NCBI GenBank assembly: GCA_046563655.1
Contig: CM102283.1
Coordinates: 8,432,001 to 8,496,000 of the forward strand
Direction of reading: 5' to 3'
DNA: 64,000 nt
Source: Yuukianura sp. NJ FZ-2021
Taxonomy: Eukaryota
This document shows positions 1-13,500 of the stretch, piece after piece. The position numbers were made by a program, and so were the translations under genes. Within the stretch, counting starts at the first letter, position 1; each line of letters begins with the position of its first letter. The notes under the pieces were generated by a model. That model worked only from the letters and a program-made list of their open reading frames with translations, had not been told where the DNA came from and searched no databases.

Positions 1-3000
1 TTCGTCAGTAGTGATGTAGCTGCATCGAGCCATTTGCTCCATGTTACCTTTGATTTGAGACAACAACACGAGGAAATCCAGGAACATCTGAAATAGACAA
101 TACAGCATGTAAGATCATTTTCCATCAGAACTGGAATAACATTGTTTCCTTACAAATTTAAACCAGTCAATATCTGCATCTAGGGCTTGTTTCACACTCA
201 GAGCATCGAACTTCGTCTCAGGCGGAAACTCCTTCTGCATCATCTCCAAACGAAAGTGAATCGTTATTAAAACGTGGTAGGGTAGATGGTGAAGAGAGTG
301 AAAACTCTTCAGGAAGGCAGTACAAGTATGGCAAAACTGGAAAGCCTAAAATACATTCACAAAAATAAGACTACGGTTAAAAGAGAAAACGGGATTGTTT
401 TCTGATTGTTAGTACCGGATCTGGTTTGTTTTCGTCTTCGGGATTTCCATCACAATTCGGCATCAGTCTTGCAGGATCATAAGGAATTCCATCGAAGGTA
501 GCCAATTTCGTTGGAGAATGCAACGGAACAAGTGTATCACCACAACCATTGCCTAAATCAAAAATAACAACACTGAAATATGTTGTTGAAACTTCCAAAA
601 TAAAAAGAATGCTTACAAAATTGTAAAATGCTTCGTAACTTACAATTCCGCTCCTTATCAATGTTCTTCGCAGAGTATGTCAACTTCGGGAATTTTAAAA
701 AAGGGGCCTAAAACGGCGAGAATCGATTAGTTAGCAAACTTTAGAAAGTGCATCAAAAAACTTAGATCTTATACAAGAACTGCTCCGGAAGACCATCTTG
801 GAGAGGCCATGAATTCCTGACATATGCTTTTGGTTCTTGACAAAATTTCACTCCATCCAGTTCTAAGTTGGAAGGCTTCTACAAATTAAAAAAAAAACAT
901 TTTAAAAAAAACTTTGGAACTCAAACATGGATAAAGTGAGAGATTAACCAACCTGCCGAAATTTGTTGAGGGTCAAGGTCACTATTGATAACTTTGTCCA
1001 AGAACTTAGGATCCATGGCATTGCAGATGAGTGTCCGGACAAAGTTGTAGTAAGCCTCTTTCAACGAACTTTCATTTTTTAGTATGAACGGAATATGGCT
1101 GAAAGACACAAAAAAATATGCACAACTCAAAACTACTCGGCATTCCGAAAAAATTTTGATATAAAAAGCTTACGGGAGGATCCGGTCGTCACGATACAAT
1201 TTAGCAACAGAAATCTCCGGTGAATGGCAAATCTTCTCCACATAAACTGGCAGAAAATTCTTAAAAATCTCCCTCAGATTTTTGTCCAAAACGATTTTCT
1301 GAAAACAATTCCATTGTTTTAAAAAAGTTCACATATTATTTCATATTTCTCAATTACTTCTGCTCCGTATTCCCTGATTTCTTCACCAGATTTTTCAATG
1401 TAATTCGACACATGAAAGTATCTGTTTGAATTTTTCTTTGTATAAGGGTCATATGCCTTCAATGTGACTTTGAGGCCATTTGACTCAATCACTTTCCAGA
1501 TCCTCAAGTCAGTTGTTCTGGTCATGTCAGAACGCTTCATAACGAAATTTCCTTCCTAAAATTATCAATTACTCAATTAATTAATGAGCCACGATTACTT
1601 TCAACGATTATGATCAACAATCTTTTCTTGGTAAGAATTTCTTACTTGAAAAATATACTCCAGTTCATCCTCTGTGAAGGTCCATCGGAACTTCGGATTT
1701 TCGACCACTTTGTACGCCGGGTTTTGTGTTGTCGGTCCACGGTTTGGGGCAGTATCGCCAGTATTTATCGGTGCTGCTACTGCAGCCACAAAACGTTTGT
1801 GTGATGCTGGTACCGGTGCGGCGTACTTGACAGTTCGGCGACTAATTCGTCTTCCAGAAGCTCTTGGGTTGATTTCAGCTGAATCACTTTGACTTTCGGT
1901 TGTGGACAGTCTTCGTTCTGATGCTGCTGTATTCAGTTCTTCTGATCGACTGGATGCTTGGGAAGTAGAATCTTCATTTTCTAGTACTGGCGGATTGACT
2001 TCAACCGACGGACTCTCGAGTTCTGGAACAGAAGCAGAGGCAGACGTGGATTCAATTCTTTCTAATGCTGGAGGACCGATTTCGGATTCAGACTCCAAAG
2101 TTCGGACTGAACTTGGAGTTTCGGATGTAGATTTAGAACAACTTTGTTTCCATTCTTCAAGTGTACGACGCGCAGCATCTGGAGTCAGAAGTTTCTGAAT
2201 GGTAAAGTTTGGAAAGTCAGGAAAAAATGGCGCGTTAGTATTGGAACGTTTTATTGATACTGGTTTCGTCCGTGGCTTGCGTCCAGACTGATTTCGATTT
2301 TCCGCTTGTACCAAGTTTGCAACCCGCTTATGTGCTGGATACGACTTCAAACTTTGAGATCCATTCAAACTTGGTTGAAACATGGGCTCAACTTTTCCAC
2401 TGGAGAAGAGATGCTGATGCTGGAGGGCGGATGGAACTTCACATTTGGCTGTTGATCAGAAATAAGAATTTGAAATTGTAAGAAAATCACAACGTTCACA
2501 ACGTTTCAATTCCAAAAGAAAAATACTTACGCAGTTCAACTGCGGATGCTGGATCACAAGCAACTTCGTTCGGCACGGTCGTCATTATCCCACTTGCGGT
2601 TGCCGAGGATGACAGTACATCTTCTACTTTAGTTACAACCAGACCCGAGGCTGGCAGTACATTTTCTACTTTAGTCACAAGCATAGATAGATTGAGGTTA
2701 CCCGGATTTCGAAGTACTGAGGGTGACGTTTGTTCAACGGAAGTTTCCGACTTGTGCTGATTCTCTGCCAACGTTTGCGTAATATTCTGCAGCAACTTCG
2801 TTTTCGTAGTCAGATTCTGGTTGGATACTGGCAGTACAGCTTCATCTCCGCCTTTATACTGTTGAGACTGCAAAGTTACTGGCTGATAAGAAGTTGAGGA
2901 TGGACTAATCAAAGCCTTGGCCAGTAGCGAATCACCACTAATTTGAGCAGCAGCTTTAAGTTTCTCCAGTTCTCTCCGTTTCTGCAGAATGCTGGGACGA

Positions 3001-6000
3001 TACGTTGGCGGAACGTAAGGCACGCCTTTCGTAGCCGGTGTCTTGGTTCTGGGAAGGCGACGTTTGCTTTTCTCTTTGGCCAAATCCAAACCCGGTTCAC
3101 TTTTACCCATTTCCACCGGCACAGCAGGTTTCGGTCGTCTCTGACGTTTTGGTTGCGTTTTCAGTAAGGGAAAACGTGACACTGAAAGTGAAACAAACCA
3201 GAACATGTTTAACCTTGTTTAAAGTTGTATAGTCTTATCTCTGTGCATGAGTGAGTGGAACGTTATTCTGATTCATAGGTTTGTTTGAAATTCCAAACAA
3301 ACCAGTGTTCTTACTTTGATTCAGGCAAGAGCAATTTCATTTTCAATTCAAATTCAAGGAATTCAGATTCAAATCATGAATTTAAAAATGGATCGTACAA
3401 AACAAAACGATTTCGAAATGTTTTCCTAAACCGTAAATAGTACCCTATTTCACGGCGTATATCACGCACCAGCAATACAGTAATATGTATTCTTGAACTT
3501 ACCCGGTGGAATGACGAATTCCTGTACTGCTGATACGTTTTGCCCGGTGAATGTTGGACTATTATTACCCAAATTCCTTAACGTTATTGGCTGAGGTCGA
3601 ACCGGAACAGTATAATTTTGATTGGGTTGGACAACGGTACTGGTGCTGGTGCCGTGAAATGTCGCTTTAGATAAATTCGTCATTCGTTGAGATATACTTC
3701 CCGGGCTGATACTTTGCTTCATAGTTGTAATCTGAACTTCAGGAGTAAGATACAACGTCTCCCCTTCCTCCGTTTCGTTTGTACTGGAAACAGATCCGGT
3801 TCTGGACAATGTCTCGGCAGGTTTTCTGCGACGTGGAGGTTTCTTTGGCGGTTGAAGTGGAGTAGATCCAGTATTATCTCCAGTAGTATCTACTGCAGCT
3901 GGAGCTGGAGCGATGTTACGCGGAGTGGCTGGATTGGGTCTCCTTCTACTTGGTACAGGGTTTCCGTCAGCATCTAGTTTCGGCTTTCGGGCATACGTTC
4001 TTCTAGGTTTAGGATCACTTATTCCTGAGGAGCCCTTAAGGGCTCCTTCCAGCGTTCCTTCTGCGGGTACACTTGGTTCTCCAGTGCCGTCGTCGCTCTT
4101 CTTTTTTCTTGGATAACTTCGTCTCTTCCGTACCGAAGGCGGCAGAACTTGCACCGCGGAGGACAGACTTGTATCCAGTCCGTCGATAATCGCTGGAGGA
4201 ACTGGAGCTGATGAAGGTGCGTTCATAGAAACTGGAGAATTTGCTACAATAGCAGCAGTAGTTTGTTGTTGTTGTATCCAACCGGAAGTTGTCTGAAGAC
4301 TGGAGTTCTGCTGAATTTGGATTTGTGCAAACTTTGAAGACAGAAGTTGCTGGTCGTTTGACGAATTGTGCTCCGGAGTTGGTGTCCAGTTGAGCAGGTT
4401 TTGATCAACTGTGGATGCATAGGCGGAGTATTTCAATGAATCTGCGGTGGAAGTAGGAAAACCGGAGAACGGATTTCCAGCACCACCGTAAGGTCTTGTG
4501 TTGTTCAAAAAGCTGGAAGAAAAACTCGGCAGCGATAATGATGGCAGTACTTCGGTATTCGCAGTCGTTGGACTTGGACTTGGAAAAATACTTGTCGTTT
4601 GTTGTTGTTGAGCTACAGAACTACTGCCAGTACTTCTTGGAGCTACAGGAGTCATATTCCGTGGCTTTGGTGGTGGTCTACTTCTGGTACTGCCAGTATT
4701 TCTAGTACTGCCACTGCCAGTACTTCTAGTACTGGAAGAATTCCTGCCTTTCTTTTGTGTTTGACTGACTGGCTGACTGGAGCTGGAGCTGGACGTTTGT
4801 GGCATCATGATTGGATGAATTTCCATTTCTTTGATACGTTGATAAGGAGTTTGAGGCAGAGGAATTTGTGCTAAGTTTAGAATGAATGACGACGCAGAGT
4901 AATCGGCTGGCTTATTTTTTGTGTCCTGTTGCATGACAGTAGAGCTGGAGCTGGACAAAGAAGTTGAATTTGTACTCGGTATGAATGGAGACGTGTTGCC
5001 ATTGGTTTCAACGTCATTGGAACTTGAACTGTAGAAGGTCATTACTTGAGCCGAAGTGCTGCTGCTGGTCCTAGATGCTGGTCTTTCTACAGATTTAACC
5101 AATTCGGCAAATGTTGTTGAAGTGCTGCTAGCTTGACCCCCAAGTGGAATCAGGTCTGCCAATCCACAGCCAGCTGGAACTTCAAAATTCACACCAGTAT
5201 TTGAATTTGAAACGCCAATTCTTTTTTCAATTTCAATCTCCCCAAAGGATTTGATGAGCCCAAGGGTGTTAATGAGTTCTTGATTCTTCAATTCCATTTC
5301 TGTATGTTTAGCTTCCGGTTTGGTCTGGATGGTGTTTGTCGCAAGAGAAGCAGCGACACGAGTATTCGATGCTTGTACTGGAGCACTGGAACTGTTGTGC
5401 TGTTTGACTGGATTATCGCCAGCGTATGTCAAGTTTTGACCAATACTTGCAGGTCCTAATTGTGGGCGAACAGGTTGAGTAGTCCTGTTTTTGTGAATGA
5501 CAATTGGTGAATTGAATCGAACTGGCTTCGGAGAATGTGATTGGACTGCTGGAATTGGACAATTTCCACGAACGGCGGTCACTGGAATCAAGTTGGGCAT
5601 TGGTTTTACCGATTTTGTTTCAGGAGACGTAGAAGTACTAGAGACTGATGTCGCCAGATTTTGTGCCGACTGCTGTGGTGGTTTTGGTAAAGTTCCAGAT
5701 CCTGATGGAATCGTAATTTTGGGTACAGCGTCTGGTATTGGTAGAGCAATAGGCTTGATAGAAGAGCCATCCCTCAAACTACTGGGTCGTAGTGGTTGGA
5801 TTTTGCATGAATCCACGGAGACAGTGGAATTGGACATTCTTGGAGTAACGTTTTTGTCAAGCGGTGTTATAATCTCAACATCCTCCGTCCCCGTCGGAGT
5901 AACTGAAGAAACCACCGATGAAGCTGTTTTTATAGCTGGAGCCGCATTTCTGGATGACAAAGACATCAATTAGCTTTTACTGAATAAATCAGAACCGGAG

Positions 6001-6633
6001 AAAGAATTACCCAATGTCATTTGGAGAGTAATTGTTTTGTGAAGATGAGTTTCGAGAGTGTGTTCGCAAAACCGTTGGACGTGGAGCAACATTCGGATTG
6101 CTTTGACGAACTTGAGAGCCAAAATGCTGTACAGAGTCTGAGTCCTTGAACGATAACTTTGGAGAACCAGTAGGAGATGGGACTTTCGACTGATGCCTGA
6201 CAACGGTGAGCCATTGATTCACTTTTGTTGGTTTTGTTGATTCAAACTCAGTCAGTTTAATGGAGGAAGTAGATGTTGGTTTAGGCCGTTGCTTGGAGTC
6301 GTCAGTTCCACCGAAACTTTGCAGTGTTTTGTCCATAGTGACACTCCCATCCGATACAGGAATGTCACTGGCGATATTGGTGTTTCGAAATTCTGACATG
6401 GCTGAAGACGTCGGTCCCTAGATCAAAAATTATTTTAATGTAAACATAAATCCACCAATTCCTGTGTACTTACATTTAGTAGACTTACCACATACGTTAT
6501 TTCCAAGTCGTCGTCGTCCTCGACGATTATGGGGCTTTGGGGAACACTGGCAGAAAATAAAGCTATGCAGTAGTAAATACTACCTAATCTGATAAAATAT
6601 TCACCCTTAAAAAGCTAACCTTGTTGATTGCAT
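1..6633 (-). CDS. Large multi-exon Ser/Thr/Gln/Pro-rich protein with C-terminal DUF4211 domain (QSER1/PRR12-like); 3' end outside window
   Basis: Spliced from ATG 6633 (MQSTSVPQSPIIVEDDDD...) through the ORFs at 6007-6399, 3462-5969, 2496-3206 and 1601-2383. C-terminal exons encode SLKEAYYNFVRTLICNAMDPKFL, ATFDGIPYDPARL and KSFHSLHHLPYHV...DWFKFMFLDF, resembling QSER1/PRR12 DUF4211 (YHSLHHYKYH motif). Confidence 0.7.
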
Positions 6634-7329
6634 CTCGAAGAGACGGATAAAATGTGAATGTCAATATATGGAGTTCAGAGATAAGGTGCAAAGCACCTAT
6701 CGACTTCAGGCATGCAATAGTCGTAGGTGCTGAAAAGAAAAGCAACAAACGTTCTTGTTAATGCGACAAAGAGATACAAATCATGGTGGGTGGGCGAATG
6801 TATGTCATGTCAAAGTTCAAACAGGTTCGGGAATTCTTGAAATGTTAGATATTGTTAGTACAAAAGAAGTAAACGAAATTAAGTTTACTATTAAGCTGAG
6901 GTTTTAGGCACAGAGTATTTATAAAATAGTATTTATTAGTTAGTATTTATAATACTATTTATAGTAAACTTATTTACGATTACCAGTTACTTTACCGAAA
7001 TTTTGGTTCTTTCTTTTTGTTGTGTGTCCTTGCGAATCTGCTTCTGCTTCGTCAGTTTTTCTATCCACAATCCAAGTTTCGTTAGGTTCGGTAATAGGAG
7101 GCTGCCTTAGTTAAATTATGTTAACACAACATTAATTGATATGAATATTATACTACTAAGACTGTAGTCTTAATATTATGCATAAATTAACATTAATTAA
7201 GTCTAATTTAAATTTAACATTAATTAACTCACCTTGCACCTCCTGTTACGTGTTGCCTGTTTTTGGCTTTTTTGTTTTGTTTTGGTTTTGTTTTTGCAAC
7301 AAACAAAAAAACCTAAAGAAAACAAGAAA

Positions 7330-7337
7330 TTCCCGCC
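7330..7337 (-). promoter_or_regulatory. E2F-type site GGCGGGAA upstream of the DUF4211 gene's probable 5'UTR exon
   Basis: TTCCCGCC on + strand; a minus-strand donor CAAG|gtgagt lies about 100 bp downstream (~7232). Confidence 0.4.
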
Positions 7338-8151
7338 ATTTTCCGAAGTCTCAACTTAGTATACAGGACGTATACAACATTGTAGAACAATACGAACAGA
7401 ATTCAAATTCATGTAAATAAAACATGAAACATTAAAATAAATTCAAATAAATTATTATTTAAATGTAGTTTATTATGAACTGATCCCGATCTTCAATTTA
7501 AATAAGTTTATTGAAGATTTCCTCTCCTGAAGTTTCAAAAACTAAAAATTATGTTAGTGGAGTTACTAAAGAATGTGTCTAACACAAATTAAATTATTTA
7601 AAAATAAAAATCTAGCAAAATCATACACTTGCTAAACAACAGATGAAGGTTACATTTAACAATTAACCAATTCATTGATTATAAGATTTCTATAAGTTAC
7701 TCCGCATTATGTATCGTCATTGATACGCAGTGCTTAGTATCTGTACTTAAATACGCGAACGAAACATGCCAGTAGTAACTTGAACGTACTTTTTGATTAG
7801 GTATTTTCAAGTAATTGTACAAAAATTAATGGTTGTCGCTTTCGATTTGTCTTCTCTGATCTCTGATGGTATAAACTATAAACTTTAACTTTAGGTATAA
7901 ATTAACAAAGTAGAGACAAAAGATCAGATTTGTACGTTAAGTAACGGAAGTCTTATAAAAAAAATTACCTCTATCCTGGAACAGCTGACTTCGAGGCACA
8001 ATTAATCCGGGAAAAGTGTTTTCCTGCTGGTAAATTAATTTGCTACAAAGAATTAGGAATTAAAACGTAGGCAATTTCGACATAAACGTTGCTGCTCAAA
8101 CTTAACACATAAGTAGCTACTAGCTAAGTAACAGAATTGGTACGAAAATGC

Positions 8152-9420
8152 TTACAAAGGAAGCTCCTTAACTTCCTTCGGTTCATCAATTCCATTCAAC
8201 TCTCGGAAGTAGTACTTCAACCCTCCTGGAAAACGTTTGAGATTCAACAACTTGACCTTGCTGACCCAAATCTTGCGTCGTCGTTCCTCCAAGGACTCCT
8301 TGGGGTTACAAGTGCTGTCCACACAGAGGAGCAGGTCAGGCAGATCTTTGGATCGGAATTCAAAACAGAACTCCGTGTACTTGACATTGGCCAGAATGAT
8401 TTTGTTGTAATTGTTGAGCAAAATAGTTTCCGTTTTGGATGTGGGAGGAAGATCGGTAAAGTAGAGTCCATTTCCAAATCGAAACGAAGGATCGAACCAG
8501 TTCCCTTCCATTCCCTTTGGACGAAGACACATATCCTTGATGATCCCAAAAGCACCGTCTTCTGTCGTGTAGTGGTACAGTTTGTCTGGAGTGTTGTGGA
8601 CAGAAGTGGGTTGCAACGAAATAGCAGTAGGATTGGCATCTAATGTGGTTCTTAACGATGCTTGTTGTTTGAGTCGTGCTTTGGAAGCGGAAGACAAGTT
8701 GTCGAAGCTGCTTGGTCGGTCACGGTCCCGCTTGATAGTTTTCTGTACAGTATTGATTGGATTACGAGAGACTCTTTGACATTGTTCTTCTTTGATGTAA
8801 GAGGTCACGGGCTGTACGTCCTGTACGAACAAGAAGCTATTAGCGACAGCATCACCATCTTCGTAACCATTTCCAGTTGAGTATGGACTTGAATAGTCAG
8901 AGTGATAGTAGTCACCCGGAGGATTGTAATTGTGGCTATTCCGTGGAACAAAGTCAGTGACTTCAGGAACTGGAACTAAAGGTACATAATGCCAACCGAA
9001 CCCCGGACCGGAATAACGCCACGAATCGTTTGATTCATACTGGTGGGAGTTACTGTTGTAATTATGTCCCTCTCCCTCATGGAAGTGGCTCTCCGTGTTC
9101 ATATGAGGAACTGCCTCCTGGAAGTTACTCTGATTATTCGTATGAGGAACTGCCTCCTCCTGGAAGTTACTCTCATTGATATAGTTGAAGTTGGTATGGG
9201 GAACTGTCTCGGTCGCGGAATAAGATGATGGCCATGTCCATTGTGTTTGCGTAAAATCGTAGCGCTGACGCTGATTCGGTTTAGAGTCAACGAAAGTAAC
9301 TGTTTGTTGACGAGGGTGCTGCATGCCAAGCACAGTAGGCTTTTTTGAAGGGACTGCTTTTCGTTTTTGTTTCCGTTTTCCTAGAGTCGACTTGAAGTAC
9401 GGTCCTATGATGGCAGTCAT
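8152..9420 (-). CDS. Intronless 422-aa protein: disordered N-terminus plus C-terminal Tox-ART-HYD1 ADP-ribosyltransferase-like domain
   Basis: LYHYTTEDGAFGII...FRFGNGLYFTDLPP...ILLNNY matches the HYD1 ART signature (YHYT, GxGxYxTDLxP). Confidence 0.75.
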   Translation of the reverse strand: MTAIIGPYFKSTLGKRKQKRKAVPSKKPTVLGMQHPRQQTVTFVDSKPNQRQRYDFTQTQWTWPSSYSATETVPHTNFNYINESNFQEEAVPHTNNQSNFQEAVPHMNTESHFHEGEGHNYNSNSHQYESNDSWRYSGPGFGWHYVPLVPVPEVTDFVPRNSHNYNPPGDYYHSDYSSPYSTGNGYEDGDAVANSFLFVQDVQPVTSYIKEEQCQRVSRNPINTVQKTIKRDRDRPSSFDNLSSASKARLKQQASLRTTLDANPTAISLQPTSVHNTPDKLYHYTTEDGAFGIIKDMCLRPKGMEGNWFDPSFRFGNGLYFTDLPPTSKTETILLNNYNKIILANVKYTEFCFEFRSKDLPDLLLCVDSTCNPKESLEERRRKIWVSKVKLLNLKRFPGGLKYYFRELNGIDEPKEVKELPL

Positions 9421-10326
9421 TCAATAATGTTAGCCACAATAATGGTTGGTAACTTACTTAGTATATCCATGTGCAACTCTAGTCACTCACCTCGGTTAGG
9501 CGGCCAGGCGGATAATGGATTCGGTTGTGACTAAACCCGAACAAACAGCAAAGAAATTAAAAACGTACTTGCGTTTATAAAGCACATTAGAAATTTGATT
9601 TTCTTACAGGTGCATATGATTTGTAGGATGTGAACGATGGACCCGCTTGGCCGCCATTATTGTTAACGTGTACCACTGCATTCGGTTGGTAAACCACAGC
9701 ATTTGTTCCAAGTCCTTGCGACATCTCATTCTCGTTATGATACATTGCTCAGCTCAACTAATCCCAATCAGCACTTCCCGTTAGTACTCGTCACATGAAC
9801 TCAAACCAACCTGCAAAAAAATTATCCCCACCCACTTGTTACACAAGGTCACAAAATAAGGTCAAGCTACAGTTAGACTCCAAAGCAGCCAATAACCAAC
9901 GTTGCTTTTATGATCTAGCGTATAGCTTAGTCCATAAGAACAAGGAGATACAAACAACTTACCGTTAATCGAAAGATGAATTGAATTACGAAGGTAATTA
10001 AAAATTAAACGATTTTATCCCCATTGATTTCGTACGAAAATGAAAAACAAAAGAAAACAGAACAAAAAATCGACTAAAAATTTTGTAAATAGAGATTCCC
10101 GCGTTTCAAATTTGAAAATTTTTCACTTTACCCCGGTCTCGTCTCAACTCTAAAATACCGTAAAATTCCATGTAGAACACAACACAAAAATCGTATCCGC
10201 TTCTTTGTCTCTCCTCTTGTAGTATACTTAATTAAAAATTACTTCTAAATGCTAATTAATTGACTTTGAAAAGCGACATAGAGATTTAATTAGCAAATGC
10301 TTTACATTCGAAAAAGTAGCAGCCAC

Positions 10327-10340
10327 GAAACCATGGAGAC
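10327..10340. promoter_or_regulatory. X-box-like (RFX) motif
   Basis: GAAACCATGGAGAC (reverse GTCTCC AT GGTTTC), about 200 bp upstream of ATG 10536; one good half-site. Confidence 0.35.
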
Positions 10341-10535
10341 GATCAAAATCATTTGAGTTTTTTGAACTTCGAAAAACTGTTTAAAATTTCCTTTTCTGAG
10401 CACATCAAATTGACACGTTTCGATTCGATTAGAACAAATTGCAATTCTTTTGCTGAGGTTGCAATCACTGCAACTAAAATTAAACTTTCTAGTTAACTTT
10501 TAGTTAACTTCTGGATTAATTGACACTAAACGAAG

Positions 10536-13500
10536 ATGAAGCGGGGAGGTGGGTCAAGCAGAGCTCGTGCCGTGGCTCGAGAAAGACGTGAACAGTTGGA
10601 GCAAGACCTGGAGCACGTACAAGACGTGGACTTTGAAGCTCGTGAAGATGCATTTGATGCTTCACATAAGCCCAAGTTGGAAGGTCACTTGACCACGGTA
10701 AGTTAATTCGTGATTCGTGTAGTAAGTATCACACTCTCCATGATTGTCTTTTCCAACGTAAATACAGAATTCATGTTCTTTTCTTCTGGCAGGGTGACCC
10801 GTACACTGCCCAGGGCGGGGCCATCAAGACAGTCCAAACTAGATATGCTGGAACCGGTGCTTACATGGACGCAATCAACCGAGCAGTCAAAGACTACGAA
10901 AAATACCAAGACAGTCGTATGAAGAAAACAATCGCAGCAGAGGTGGAGGACCACGATGCTCTCAAGGATTTTGACGAGGAAGTTGAAAAAATCAAATACG
11001 AAGCAAATAAGAACCGGCCAAGACGAGTTCAACCTCGGTACAATACCGGTTTGGTAAGTTCGGAACTTGCCGGATTTCTACGGTCAGCAGTACTGTAAGA
11101 TTACAAACTTTTTTGAATTTAGGGCGCCAAATACCAAGGAGGAACAGACGGTCAAGATGCGGGAGACCAAATACAGGTCGAAATTACCGGAAAACCGTGC
11201 GGTGATACTCCGTTGTCACTTTCAAAAAAATCCCGCCCTCCGCGGTACCCACGTGACTGTCACCCGCCAAACGTTTGGCTTCCATTTGCTCCAAAAGATG
11301 CCGACTACCATGCAAAAGGAACCGGTAAATACAAAAATTTTGTTCAAAATTTCTTCAAAAAAAAATTTTTTTCAAAAAACTACAAAAAATTTGTTTAGCT
11401 TGGAGTGATACTAACGACGTTTTTGCCGCGTCGTTCAAAACTGGAAATCGGAAACTCCATGCTCCGGGTTGGTTGATTGACCTCAGCGCGCCTCAGGTAA
11501 CTTTTAGGCAACTTTTTTTTTCAAAAATAATTATGAAATCTGCTTTTTCAAAATTTTCAAAACAGCTCAGAGCAGCCTATAAGATCAAAAAGTACATGAC
11601 CGAATTGGAAAAAACAGATGACGTCACAGAAGCAGTGGACGATCTTCATGAACTTTTACTCGAATTGGGAATTACCGACGTTACGAAACCGGAAATTACG
11701 AGAGCACTTCGGTGGCTTCCGATTGGACACGACACGGGACTGGACTATCGCGTTTTCCTATTGGCCATTGGAGACTTCGGTTATGCCTCAATCCGTCATG
11801 CCATTCGACCTTGTAAGTTAAACAAAAAACTAAAATTTTGAAAAATTTGAAATTTTGAAAAATGAAATGTTTTTGTCCAAGATCCAAGAAAACTGAAGTG
11901 TCGTGAAGACCAAAGCGACGTCGACCTCTACCAGCAATCCCAATTTGACAAAGACGTGATGGCACTTTTTGAACAAAGCGAATCCGAATTTGACTCGTTT
12001 TTTGAAATTACTGACACACCGAAACCGAAACTAGTTTTGGAAAAACCGCCATTTCCAATTCGAAATGTCGGAGAATATGTTCCGACGAAGGAACGTCAAG
12101 CCATGACGGAGTGGCGTACACGTCAACTTGAACGTCAAGCTGAAATGGTTAAGAAACAAGCCGAATGGGCTCAGCGATTACTCAACGAGCGACAAAAAGT
12201 TGTCCAGCAGCAGCGTCGTTTGTATGAGGAGCAGCTTCAGGAGAAAAAGCGTAAAGAAGCTGAAGAAAAGCAGAAAAAGGAAGAAGAAGAAGCGCGAAGA
12301 AGAGATTTAAAAAAGCGGCAAATTGAAAAATACATTGCCGAAGGATGGCCGCCACTCACGGCTGCTAAGAAAGCAGAAACTTATCTCAAGCGACTGGAGT
12401 ATAAAGACCAAGGTCATAAGAGAAAACAGAAAAAATAAAATTTCGAAACTTTTTTTTTCAAAATTTGGTTTTTATTTTAGAGAAAAGTAGATACGAAGAT
12501 GTGAATACGTATTCTCCGCGTGTACAAACCGCATGGACGGGACTTTTCATTGCGGAAATGTACGAAGCTCTGGATGCTATCCTGCCTTGGGCAAAGTCAA
12601 CTACCGGCTATGTCCCACACAAAGTGGCGCCAAAAAATGAAATCTTGTACAAATCTTGGCGGGAAGATCAAATTGAAAATGCTGCCAATGCTCCGTCACC
12701 CTACTTATCTCCGATTTCAATTGTCAGCAATCGTATAGAACGAACACCTCCGAAAAAATGTGACAAAGGAGCAAGAAAGTGCATTCCAGGAGGTTCAACT
12801 AAAGTAAAAAAAAAAAACGAAAAGTTTTCAAAACAATACAAAAATTGTTATTGTTCTAAACATTTTTGTGCAATTTTCAGGTCGCCTTTGATCACTGGAT
12901 TATGGACATGCCTGTGGAAGGTGAAGGCAGAATCATCGTTACTGAAAATCGATACCGCATAAAAGTAAGTTTACAATATTTTGGCGGGATTTTTTTGAAG
13001 ATTTTTAAATTTTGATTCGCTATTGTTCTAAACTTTTTGTAGCAAATTTTGGACTATGTGTTTTCCAAAGAAGGCAGCGCCCTCTGTGTCCTTCCGCGTG
13101 TGGAACTTTTGTTGCACTTTGTTCACAATTTGGTCGATCAGCTGTTGGATCGTATGGACAAAAACAGCGACGATTGTGGCCCCAAAAACGCGAAAAGTGG
13201 TGCCAACACTAGTGCTGGTAATTTGAATTATTTTTTTAAACTAACTACAACAATAACTAACTTAGGCTGGTGAAATTTTAATTCCAAAATGGCGGTTTTT
13301 AGCACCATCCGCGGTTTCTTCAAAAGCTAACAATAATGCCAAGGATGCACCGCCCCCGGCTGGTGGAAAAGCCGACGAGGCCAAAAACCTTGACAAGGTC
13401 AATGACCCCGGAAAGGCAAAGAACACCGCGGAGACTACCGCTGAGACTAAAAACACCGCGGAGGCTAAAAACACCGCGGCGGTCAATGACCTTGGAGAGG

